Origin: Coleofasciculus sp. B1-GNL1-01
GTDB lineage: Bacteria > Cyanobacteriota > Cyanobacteriia > Cyanobacteriales > Coleofasciculaceae
DNA: 64,000 nucleotides
Strand: one strand, 5' to 3'
Assembly: GCA_040220235.1 (NCBI GenBank)
Contig: JAVJTO010000108.1
The position numbers were made by a program, and so were the translations under genes. Positions 30,131-39,034 of the stretch are shown here, one piece after another (position 1 is the stretch's first letter; every line of letters starts with the position of its first letter). The notes under the pieces are model-generated. The model was not told the DNA's origin. It was given only the letters and a program-made list of their open reading frames with translations, and searched no databases.

Positions 30131-31791
30131 CGCCCCAGGGAACCTCCTTCATTGAGAACATCATTGAACATGACTGGGGAAGCTGGAGTAGGCGTGAGAG
30201 GCGGTGGGGCTTGATCCGCGATCGCCTGCACCCACTTCGCCATCTTTGGTGACACCTGAATCAGTCCCAACAGAATCCCCACAAACCAGCGCTGGGCATC
30301 CATTCCCAGTTCGGAGACGAAGGTTTTTGTCGCTGCATTGGATACGGAAACGGGGTTGTCCATCCCTTTAACGTTTAAGGCATTGGGAACTAATGTCCAC
30401 AGCCATCGTTCGCCGACATGAAGTAATCCCCCTTGTCCCATCTGCACCCCCAGAGAGGAATGATACGCCGCCGCCGCCGATTGACTGATCACCAGCCACC
30501 GGGGGGCTTGGGCTGAGGCAAAGGCGAGGACGCCATTCTTGAAGAAACGAGTACGGCTGAGTCGATTGAGTAATTGGCAACCCGCTTCTGTGCGGCTGTA
30601 GGTATCTCCTTGTTGTGCCAACAGGATCAGGAGTTCTACCACCAACCAACGTCCTGGAAGTCCATCGAGTCCCGGTAATCCGGTGGTTAAACTGTAGCTG
30701 GCTTGGGCGGGAATGGTTTGATCAATCATCGGTAGAGTTGAATCCTGAGTCGCGATCGCCTGGAAACAATTAGCCAGTCTGGGTGACACCTGGGCAAGTC
30801 CCAAAATCAGTCCCGCAAACCATTGTTCAGGGTTTTGCGTATTGAGTATTGACGCTTCGCTTGGCTGATAGGAAATCGGGTTTGTCGGGGCGGGTTTAGC
30901 GACTTTCTTGTCGCTATTTGTAGTAACGTTTGTGCCAAACCCGCCCTGATTCAATTCTGAGTGAACTCCCCCATCTCCCCCATCTTCCCTATCTTTTCTA
31001 TCTCCCCCATTCCCCATTTCAATATCAGTTTGGGCTAAATCAAATAACCATTCCTCCCAAATAGCAAGCAGATGCTGTTGTCCAATTTGCGCGGCGAGGA
31101 GAGTATTCGCCATCGAGATACTACTCGATATCCAAGCGGGGACTTGGGCTGAGGAAAAGGCATAAACGCCATTGCGATAGAACTGGGTGCGACTCAGTTG
31201 GCTGAGTAATTCATTCCCTTGGGGCGTTTGGGCATAATTGGTGCCATGTTGACACAACCGAGTTAACAGTTCCGCCACCAACCAACGGGCAGGAATTTTA
31301 TCCAAATCGATTAATCCCGACATCAGACCAAAGATCCCGGCGGTACTGGGTTCAGCCGTTCCCAAATAGTTTTCCTTGCTGTCTCTCGGTGGTGGAAATG
31401 TCACCATTAAGGGATGGATGACGGGAGTGCGATCGCGGGTTTCTGTTGTGTCTAAGAGTTCTAATTGAATGGGAATGGCGTCTTCTAGCCAACCCGGAAA
31501 TCTTAACCAGGTTTTCATGCTGATCCCACTCGGCAAATAGTCGGGAATGGGAATCGTTAACTGACAGGTTGATTCATACTCTGGAAACAAATAAACATAC
31601 GTCGGATCTAAACGACTAACAATGGGCAAAATTTCGCTGTCATTGAGCAGCCAATCATCTAGAGTCGGACGTAACAGGACGGCTTCATGAAGCTGATTCC
31701 GGATCAAGAGCTGGAAAACTAAGTCTGTGCCGGAATGGATTTTTAACCTTACTTGGGGCAGGGCGAGTTTTTTTTCTAAACGCTGACTCAT
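30127..31791 (-). CDS. Hypothetical protein with two internal helical repeats
   Basis: LD.(I/L)P.RWLV.ELL...LSRT.F..NGV.AF.SAQ.P.W...WF.G..LGL.QVSP occurs twice; ATGA overlap with the next gene. Confidence 0.75.
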   Translation of the reverse strand: MSQRLEKKLALPQVRLKIHSGTDLVFQLLIRNQLHEAVLLRPTLDDWLLNDSEILPIVSRLDPTYVYLFPEYESTCQLTIPIPDYLPSGISMKTWLRFPGWLEDAIPIQLELLDTTETRDRTPVIHPLMVTFPPPRDSKENYLGTAEPSTAGIFGLMSGLIDLDKIPARWLVAELLTRLCQHGTNYAQTPQGNELLSQLSRTQFYRNGVYAFSSAQVPAWISSSISMANTLLAAQIGQQHLLAIWEEWLFDLAQTDIEMGNGGDRKDREDGGDGGVHSELNQGGFGTNVTTNSDKKVAKPAPTNPISYQPSEASILNTQNPEQWFAGLILGLAQVSPRLANCFQAIATQDSTLPMIDQTIPAQASYSLTTGLPGLDGLPGRWLVVELLILLAQQGDTYSRTEAGCQLLNRLSRTRFFKNGVLAFASAQAPRWLVISQSAAAAYHSSLGVQMGQGGLLHVGERWLWTLVPNALNVKGMDNPVSVSNAATKTFVSELGMDAQRWFVGILLGLIQVSPKMAKWVQAIADQAPPPLTPTPASPVMFNDVLNEGGSLGR

Positions 31792-31885
31792 TTAACACCT
31801 ATCGGGCGGCGTTTTACTCAATCCATTTTAATCTTTATTCACTCTTTTATTTGACGATTTTTCATTAAGTTAAATTACGGTGGTG

Positions 31886-32012
31886 TAAGCTGTTCGGCAT
31901 TTAAACCTTAATGTAAATAATGGCGAAAGCCTTGTAGTGCGTTAAGCGAAGCCATGCCGCAGGCTTTGCATCTTGCTCGCTACTAATACCCAACTTAATG
32001 CATGACAGCTTA
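31886..32012. mobile_element. MITE family B (TAAGCTGT...ACAGCTTA)
   Basis: Near-identical to 38251-38378 and 63182-63309. Confidence 0.85.
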
Positions 32013-32111
32013 ATTCATCTATGTCGTTGTATTCTCCTGGCATAATTAATTGCTTTGCTGGCTCTAACTCCTTCGTTCAGTGACATTCTATGTCAATGAC
32101 TAGCACTGGAT

Positions 32112-32222
32112 AAAAAAGGTTGTAGGTTAGGTGGTGCTGTGGCTAACTTCAGCTATCAAGGGTCAGCTTGGTTACGCTTCGATAAAAATTAGCCTAGGAT
32201 TCAGACACCTAACCTACAAAAT
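32112..32222. other. Long structured hairpin (candidate cis-element or ncRNA)
   Basis: Perfect 14-bp stem TTGTAGGTTAGGTG (32120-32133)/CACCTAACCTACAA (32206-32219), with inner GGCTAA/TTAGCC and TATC/GATA stems. Confidence 0.5.
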
Positions 32223-32449
32223 GTTGGTTTAAGTTAGTTACATCTAAATATGCTATTAACGATAACCAATGGAACACCAGGATGTAAATGCATAAAAGTT
32301 GGTCAAAATTGGTTAATTTCTGCCAGAGTCCTTTAAGATGCTTATTTTGTGCATTTTGTCAATACATAAAAGTTGGTAAGTTATCGCCTTTGAGAGGGTA
32401 ACGGCGAACAGGTATAGCAACCGCCATGGCTGTTAGGACACATCATTTA

Positions 32450-32479
32450 TGTAGAGACGCACCATGGCGCGTCTCTACA
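32450..32479. repeat. REP-like palindrome TGTAGAGACGC(G/A)CCATGGCGCGTCTCTACA
   Basis: Variants at about 36672, 45041 and 19925. Confidence 0.8.
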
Positions 32480-32542
32480 ATGGTGCCGAACTAGCACGTC
32501 TCCACATTTATCAGAGGTCAAGAACAAATGACCAATGATGAT

Positions 32543-33523
32543 TTAATCCAGAACCATCCAATCAACAGTGATACACCCTTTGTTATCCCAATACCATCCC
32601 GGCTCATCATTCATCTTAAAGATCACAGTTTGACCCGCTTTTAAACTGAGAGTCTTAGCACTATTGATCTCTTCAATAACTTCACCACTCGCTTGATCTA
32701 CAGCAACCAAGGCGTAGGGGGTATTGTTCGGATAAGTCACATGACTTAACAGATCAGCCCCTGGTTCTCCGGCGGCGGTAATTTCTACTCCGTCTTTCAC
32801 CGACCAAGTACCAGAGGGGGTGACTTTAATTTTAGCAGCCGTATCCATAGGATTTTGGAACTCTACCCCTTGTTCAAAAGTTGCATGGACTTGCAATTGA
32901 CCGGAGGGGAGGACTTTTTTCTCAAAAGCTTTATAGGTTACATTATTTTGGGAGAAGTTATAGAACGCAATCCGCCCTTCACTAAAATCGCCGTCAAGAT
33001 CAATTTCTAAGCTGCCATTCACAGAGACTTGCAAATTCGTTTTGGTATAAACAAAGTCAAACGTATTTTCAACATGTTTTTCCCATCCCTTATTGCCCAA
33101 TGTTTTTCCCCGCGCCAGTTCAGTGACTTTACCCGTATGACTCCAGAATTCCGCTTGATCTTTAGGAACTCCATTAATTAAAGATACCGCTAATCCGGTT
33201 TTGGCAAGTTCTCCCCACCGTTTCTGCTGACCTTTCCTCCAATCAACGAGTAGATATTTAGCAGAACTATTGGTGGTATCTCCCGGTTGGAATCCTAGGG
33301 CAAACCCAATAAAATCATCATCCCCAGTGTTGCCGACGCTTATTTTACCGGAGACTTTGGTATTAAATACATTAAATGGACTATAAAATAACGTAGGTTT
33401 GCCATTCTTTTTCTGGATTACTTCTTGTCCATTTCGAGATATATCCCATTTGCCTGAACCTTTTTCATAAGATTCTTCTTGCCAGTGGTTGAGATCGACC
33501 GTTTCGACTTTAATGTGAGCCAT
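32543..33523 (-). CDS. Putative two-domain lectin: thrombospondin-C-like domain plus LecA/PA-IL-like domain
   Basis: DDDFIGFALG (TSP-C-like DDDY motif); C-terminal SGTWS..MNDEPGWYWDNKG resembles LecA ND.PG.Y.NNSG. Confidence 0.55.
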   Translation of the reverse strand: MAHIKVETVDLNHWQEESYEKGSGKWDISRNGQEVIQKKNGKPTLFYSPFNVFNTKVSGKISVGNTGDDDFIGFALGFQPGDTTNSSAKYLLVDWRKGQQKRWGELAKTGLAVSLINGVPKDQAEFWSHTGKVTELARGKTLGNKGWEKHVENTFDFVYTKTNLQVSVNGSLEIDLDGDFSEGRIAFYNFSQNNVTYKAFEKKVLPSGQLQVHATFEQGVEFQNPMDTAAKIKVTPSGTWSVKDGVEITAAGEPGADLLSHVTYPNNTPYALVAVDQASGEVIEEINSAKTLSLKAGQTVIFKMNDEPGWYWDNKGCITVDWMVLD

Positions 33524-33771
33524 TTTATTCAGTCCTTATTCGTTTTTTTGAGTTGTGAACGTGTCAAGTTTGCTTGAACTATAATGAACTTAACAACTAT
33601 CCTGAATCTGAGGATTCTATTATTTTAATCGAGCTTTATTCAGTTCTGCTCAAAATCATCTGTTTTTTTCAAAACTTAACATTTTTGCAATCATCGTTTG
33701 TTGATCACTTATCCATACGGCAAATAGCCATAACGAATGACAAATGACGAATAACAAATGACAATCAAAAC

Positions 33772-35130
33772 CTACTTACTGCGATAAATGACATAATTAA
33801 TCAACTCCTTCATAAATCGACGGTCATGAACTGGAGACACCCATTGTTCTCCGGGTCGCAGTGGGGTCTCCGGGAACAAAAACTCCAAATTATCAAAGAT
33901 ATCGGCGGCTTTTTGAGCGAGCGATCGCGCCACGTTCCAGCCGTGTTCAATGCTGCCACATCGCTGCATTTGTTCCATAATGAAGGCAACATGATCAGGA
34001 TGTTTTTGCGTGCGCGGCAATGCTAGAATTTCCCGCATTTTCTCCGATTCCTGTTTACTGTTGGCTAAAACATGGTTCAGCATTAACGTGCGTTTTCCTT
34101 CGTAGATATCACCGCCAATTTCCTTGCCATAGGATTCCATTTCCCCCTGGAGATTTAATAAATCATCTTGAATTTGAAACGCGATCCCCAAAATCATGCC
34201 AAATCGGGTTAATCCAGCCAAAGGTTCAACTAAATCCTGGACACTGGAGGCAGGATGTCCAACAATGAGACCAATCCGACAAGGGGTAATAAAGGAGTAC
34301 CAACAGGTCTTCTTCACGCACATGGTAAAGTAATCTTGGTCACTCAGATGGGAAGGATTCGTCGCCACCCAATCCAATTCCATCGCTTGACCTTCCACAG
34401 ATTGCCGTGCCATGAACTCAATTTCATGTAAAATATTCAGCGCCTTGGATACCCCCAGCACCGATAAGTTTTCCAGCAGCAATCCCACCGCTAAAACATT
34501 CGTCGCATCCCCCACATTAATCGCACGGGGAATACCAATCATTTGATGTAATGTCCCCTTTCCTCGTCGAGACTCCGACTCATCTTCGATGTCATCGTGA
34601 ATCAAAAACGCATTGTGATACAGTTCCAATGCAGCAGCAGCCGTTAATGCCGAATGTCCCATTCCTCCCACCGCGCGGGCGACACTAATACACATCGTTG
34701 GACGCAGCATTTTCCCGACGCGAAAGGGATAATCACTTAATAGATCATACAGAGGACTATAAGCCCCGGACACTTGGCGCTGGCTTTGGATAAATTCCTC
34801 AATTTTGACAAAAATGGCGTCTCGCGAACCCTGTAATGCCTCGTTGATAATGCTTTGATTAAACTTAGAGGAATCGGCGACGATACATTGTTCCTGATCA
34901 TCCTTTGCTGCCTCTAATTGGGCAAGATCAGATAAGGTAGTGGCAATCGCCTTACGACTGCCTGAATCAATATCTGATACCGTTGGCGGCGAAGGTTTAG
35001 GCGTCGGGGGGTGAGGCAGTAAAACTTGGCGGGGTGTAGATTTCAGCTTGAGGATTGGGAATTTTTTGGGGTCATACAATAACAAACTGAAGAAGGTCAA
35101 AAATACGAGAAATAAGAATAGTCCTAACAT
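33772..35130 (-). CDS. Trans-isoprenyl diphosphate (polyprenyl) synthase with N-terminal TM segment
   Basis: GKMLRP, FARM HDDIED..RRG, GQ..EL, KT, SARM QIQDDLLN, EGKRT; GAGGA RBS before ATG 35130. Confidence 0.9.
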   Translation of the reverse strand: MLGLFLFLVFLTFFSLLLYDPKKFPILKLKSTPRQVLLPHPPTPKPSPPTVSDIDSGSRKAIATTLSDLAQLEAAKDDQEQCIVADSSKFNQSIINEALQGSRDAIFVKIEEFIQSQRQVSGAYSPLYDLLSDYPFRVGKMLRPTMCISVARAVGGMGHSALTAAAALELYHNAFLIHDDIEDESESRRGKGTLHQMIGIPRAINVGDATNVLAVGLLLENLSVLGVSKALNILHEIEFMARQSVEGQAMELDWVATNPSHLSDQDYFTMCVKKTCWYSFITPCRIGLIVGHPASSVQDLVEPLAGLTRFGMILGIAFQIQDDLLNLQGEMESYGKEIGGDIYEGKRTLMLNHVLANSKQESEKMREILALPRTQKHPDHVAFIMEQMQRCGSIEHGWNVARSLAQKAADIFDNLEFLFPETPLRPGEQWVSPVHDRRFMKELINYVIYRSK

Positions 35131-35175
35131 TAACAATTTTCCTCTAGAGTGTCGGTTCAGAAATAGCCTTTATAT

Positions 35176-36243
35176 TTAGTCCTTATTAATTAAAATAGCC
35201 CCGATGACAACAATAACGATAATAGCCAGCAAAAGTCCGATAATGATTACTTGTTTCTTGTTCCCTGAGCCTGATTCGGAGGATTCTATCGATTCAGCCA
35301 CAGGTTGAGCCACGGATGGAGTAACTGGGGAAGAGTCAACCAAGGGAAACCAGGCGTTGACAGAAACGGAGCCAAAATTATTCAAATTTTCGATAACTGC
35401 ACCCCCAGAAGCACCTTTGACGCCGACAATCGCCCACGATCCTCTAAATTGAAGACGGTCAATTTGGGTGCTACCAATCAACTTACAGGCGGCTTGGGCG
35501 CGATCCGAGAGATTAAAGCTGGCGTCGTCTTTCGCCGCGATCGCAACCACCCGACCCTGTGGTATAGTCTCTATCCAGTCGGCAAAGGCATCTGCATTCG
35601 CGGGATCAGCATAGAAATCAAAGGATCGACTGTGAAGGTGATGCCCATTGGACTGATCAAAAACAACGACATTTAGACCCCGTTGATATCCTCCCGTAAA
35701 GGAAACCAGTTCCCCATTACAGGTAACTTGAGCCATGTTACCCCAATTATTCCCTGCTGATGTCACAGCGACAACAAAACTAGGAACTTTAACCTTTGTC
35801 GCCGTAATCTCCCGCGAACAAGTCACCGCCGCCTCATGAGACAACTTTTCTGTTGCCGTTCCCGGTGCAGCACCCGTTTGACCAATTATCGCCCAAGAAC
35901 TGCGGAATTGCAGGTGATCAATTAAGCGACTTCCCAAGGATTTACAGGCTCTTTTGCCTGGATCAGATAAATTAAAGTTAGCATCATCTTTAATGGCAAT
36001 GGCGACAATTCGACCTGGGGGTAAGGTAGAGACAAATTGGGCAAAGGACTCGGAGTTGCCTGGGTTAAAGGTATCAAACGTCGTGCCAAAAATGGGTTGT
36101 CCGGTAAATTCATCGAAGACGGCGACATTGAGTCCGCGATTGTAGAAATTCTCACCCAAGTCTTGGGTATTGAACCTAATCGACGCCGAGTTCCCGTGTT
36201 CATAACCGGCTGAGGACACTTGCACTGTTAAGTCATTCGTCAT
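35176..36243 (-). CDS. Tandem ILEI/GG-type domain protein with C-terminal TM anchor
   Basis: Two ILEI units; KKQVIIIGLLLAIIVIVVIGAILI tail; no signal peptide. Confidence 0.85.
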   Translation of the reverse strand: MTNDLTVQVSSAGYEHGNSASIRFNTQDLGENFYNRGLNVAVFDEFTGQPIFGTTFDTFNPGNSESFAQFVSTLPPGRIVAIAIKDDANFNLSDPGKRACKSLGSRLIDHLQFRSSWAIIGQTGAAPGTATEKLSHEAAVTCSREITATKVKVPSFVVAVTSAGNNWGNMAQVTCNGELVSFTGGYQRGLNVVVFDQSNGHHLHSRSFDFYADPANADAFADWIETIPQGRVVAIAAKDDASFNLSDRAQAACKLIGSTQIDRLQFRGSWAIVGVKGASGGAVIENLNNFGSVSVNAWFPLVDSSPVTPSVAQPVAESIESSESGSGNKKQVIIIGLLLAIIVIVVIGAILINKD

Positions 36244-36855
36244 TTGTCATTCGTCCTTTGTCAGGGAATAGGGAACACCTCGACTCCGCTCGGTGTGAAT
36301 AGGTAAGGTAGAGTTTTGAGTTGAGGGATTCTTCATGGGGGTGCTTGCTTCGGCTTCCCGTCCGGTGAACTTAAGTCTTAACCGTTCCTTGGGGAATCCT
36401 AGGATGAGGGATTAAACCTGAAACTGTACAAATGAAATGTGAACATCTCTTCCGGTTAAACCCTGACAGGGAGATAAAATTACCTAATTTTTTGTTCACG
36501 AATCATTTGGACTTACTAGATAGCTATATATTTTTGGAGGTTAGATAGGCAAATTAACAAACTTCATTTACATCAAGCTAATAATAGGCTAAAAAATAAT
36601 CCTACCACTAATAGTTGTCAGGATTAGGCAGGGATGTTGGGAGATGGGGAGATGAGAGCAGGGGGAGCCACGTAGAGACGCGCCATGGCGCGTCTGGGAG
36701 ATGAGGGAGATGGGAGACAAAATTTCTATAGCCCATTATCCTGTTCCCTATTCCCTATTCCCTATTCCCTATTCCCTGTTCCCTGTTCCCTAACAAATGA
36801 CGTAGCTTGCTTCTCGCTTGCGCGAGTATGACGAATGACAAATGACAAATGACAA

Positions 36856-38154
36856 ATGACCAATAAACGTATTGTTTTAACCGCCTATGGCTCCTTTGGC
36901 GATATTCATCCCTATATGGCGATCGCATTGGAGTTGCAAGCACGGGGACATCGTGCTGTTATTGCCACAAGTGAACTGTATCGCTACAAGATTGAAGCCG
37001 AGGGGATTGGATTTCATCCGGTTCGCTACGATAGTGCGATCGATATGCAGCAGGATGGGGAGTTTATCGGCGTGCTGTCGGAATCCCGTCGGGAAAGTGA
37101 ATACACGATCTGTTATCTATTAATGCCCCATCTGAGGGCGACATACAAAGCGTTACTCGAAGCCACACAGGATGCGGATCTACTGTTAACGCATCATTTA
37201 AGTTTTGCCGGATCATTAGTTGCGGAAAAAACGGGCATTCCGTGGGTGTCAACGGTTCTCTCTCCGATCCTATTTATGTCGGCTTACGATTCCCAAACCC
37301 TTTCCACGACAACCATCTCCTCTTATGAACAAGCCTTAGCCGTTGTCGCCAATGACGCCCGCTTACGCCAATTTCGTTGGCAAGCCCGGTTATGGAGTTC
37401 GCCGATACGTCAATTGCGTGAGGAATTGGGGTTACCACCCAGTTGTGATCCGGTGTTTGAAGGTCAACATTCGCCGGATTTGGTACTGGCGTTATTTTCT
37501 GCAAAGCTAGCCAAGCCGCAACCGGATTGGTGTCCCCAAACTCAGGTGACGGGGTTTCCTTTTTACGATCGCGCCAAACAGGAGAACTTGTCTCCAGAAT
37601 TGGCAAGGTTTCTTGACTCTGGATCTCCTCCGATTATATTTACCTTGGGTTCGCTGATGGTATGGACACCCGGAAACTTCTATTTAGAAGGTGCGATCGC
37701 AGCTCAACAGTTAGGATACCGGGCGGTGTTATTGGTGGGCAAAGGAGTCCCCAACCTACCGTTAAACCAGTTACCCGAAGGGGTGATTGTAGTTGACTAT
37801 GCCCCCCACTCCGAAATTTTCCCCCGTGCGGCGGTAATTGTGCATCATGGCGGAGTCGGCACCACCGGACAAGCTTTGCGATCGGGGCGTCCCATGTTGG
37901 TGGTACCTTATGCCCATGATCAACCCGATAATGCGATGCGGTTAGTGCGTTTAGGGGTAGCGCGTACTCTCGCCCGACATGAGTACAGTGCAAATACATT
38001 AATGGCTGAACTCAAACAACTCTTATTTGAGCCGAGTTATGAAAGCAAAGCGGCGGAGGTGGGAAAGCGGGTGCAGCAAGAAGATGGAGTCAAGGCGGCG
38101 AGTGACGCGATCGAAACCTATCTCAGATCTCAGGAAAATGGGCAATCAAAGTAG
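36856..38154 (+). CDS. GT1-family glycosyltransferase (RhlB/CrtX/sterol-GT-like)
   Basis: GSFGDIHP, FTLGS, HHGGVGTT, HDQPDNA. Confidence 0.9.
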   Translation: MTNKRIVLTAYGSFGDIHPYMAIALELQARGHRAVIATSELYRYKIEAEGIGFHPVRYDSAIDMQQDGEFIGVLSESRRESEYTICYLLMPHLRATYKALLEATQDADLLLTHHLSFAGSLVAEKTGIPWVSTVLSPILFMSAYDSQTLSTTTISSYEQALAVVANDARLRQFRWQARLWSSPIRQLREELGLPPSCDPVFEGQHSPDLVLALFSAKLAKPQPDWCPQTQVTGFPFYDRAKQENLSPELARFLDSGSPPIIFTLGSLMVWTPGNFYLEGAIAAQQLGYRAVLLVGKGVPNLPLNQLPEGVIVVDYAPHSEIFPRAAVIVHHGGVGTTGQALRSGRPMLVVPYAHDQPDNAMRLVRLGVARTLARHEYSANTLMAELKQLLFEPSYESKAAEVGKRVQQEDGVKAASDAIETYLRSQENGQSK

Positions 38155-38250
38155 TGATGTAGCACACCTAAGTTAATAGATGAGAATTACGGAAAAGACA
38201 CCGTAGGGGCATCATCCTTGCGGTCAGAAAACCCGTAAGTATAATTGAAG

Positions 38251-38378
38251 TAAGCTGTTCGGCATTTAAACCTTAATGTCAATAATGGCGAAAGCCTTGT
38301 AGTGCGTTAAGCGAAGCCATGCCGCAGGCTTTGCATCTTGCTCGCTACTAATACCCAATTTAAATGCATGACAGCTTA
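38251..38378. mobile_element. MITE family B copy (128 bp)
   Basis: TIRs TAAGCTGTTCGGCATTTAAA / TTTAAATGCATGACAGCTTA. Confidence 0.85.
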
Positions 38379-38397
38379 GTTTTTTTATCAAGACTTT

Positions 38398-38686
38398 ATA
38401 CCCAAAAAGGATAACTTTCATGAAGTTGGGGAACTTGCCTTGGGAAAAGACGGTTGGGAAATTACAGATGAACCCCTTTCTCTTCAATCAGTTTTTCATT
38501 TAGCAGTTGGACAATTTATTAACTATCGTACAGCACTGAAATTGAAAGAACCCCAACGTCAGTTATAGCACTACGCATTAAGGTTAGGACATTGGTAAAA
38601 GCTGAAACCCTGTTGGAGTAAACTTTTGACTTTTGACTTTTGACTTTTGACTTGCGCGTAGCGCTATATTGATGGCAGTTCCTTAA
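38398..38686 (+). pseudogene. Decayed XisH with internal deletion and MITE insertion
   Basis: KDNFHEV..AL.KDGWEITDEP..FHLAVGQFINYRTAL..EPQRQL, resuming as LMAVP after the element at 38566-38666. Confidence 0.75.
38566..38666. mobile_element. MITE with TA target duplication
   Basis: Ends TAGCACTACGC/GCGTAGCGCTA; TA on both sides; internal TTTTGAC repeats. Confidence 0.7.
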
Positions 38687-38698
38687 CCAGTTGTCGGC

Positions 38699-39034
38699 TC
38701 AACCCACTGCAAACCCCGTATATTGCCTAACTAAAGGTTCATGAAACGCCAAAACGATATCTTCTTTGGGAACTCCTAACTTCACTAATTCATTAGCAAT
38801 ACCAACTTCCGTACCATCATGCTGTATCCAAATTTTGTCATTTTTAATATCCAAATGTAACACACAGCCATGCTGTCGTCGTCTGTTTTTCCAACCCACA
38901 TACATCAACTGATAATGGTTGCCAACTGGATCAAAAATTAGTTGTTGTTCAATTTCGTCCTGAGTTGAACCCACACTGGCATAGTCAGTTATGACTTGTT
39001 GGACATAATTTTGATATTTTTTTAGTTTTTCCAT
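38699..39034 (-). CDS. xisI: XisI family protein
   Basis: HYQL..VGW...R.HGC.LHLDIK..KIWIQHDGTE.GIA.EL...GVPKEDIVL.F. Confidence 0.92.
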   Translation of the reverse strand: MEKLKKYQNYVQQVITDYASVGSTQDEIEQQLIFDPVGNHYQLMYVGWKNRRRQHGCVLHLDIKNDKIWIQHDGTEVGIANELVKLGVPKEDIVLAFHEPLVRQYTGFAVG

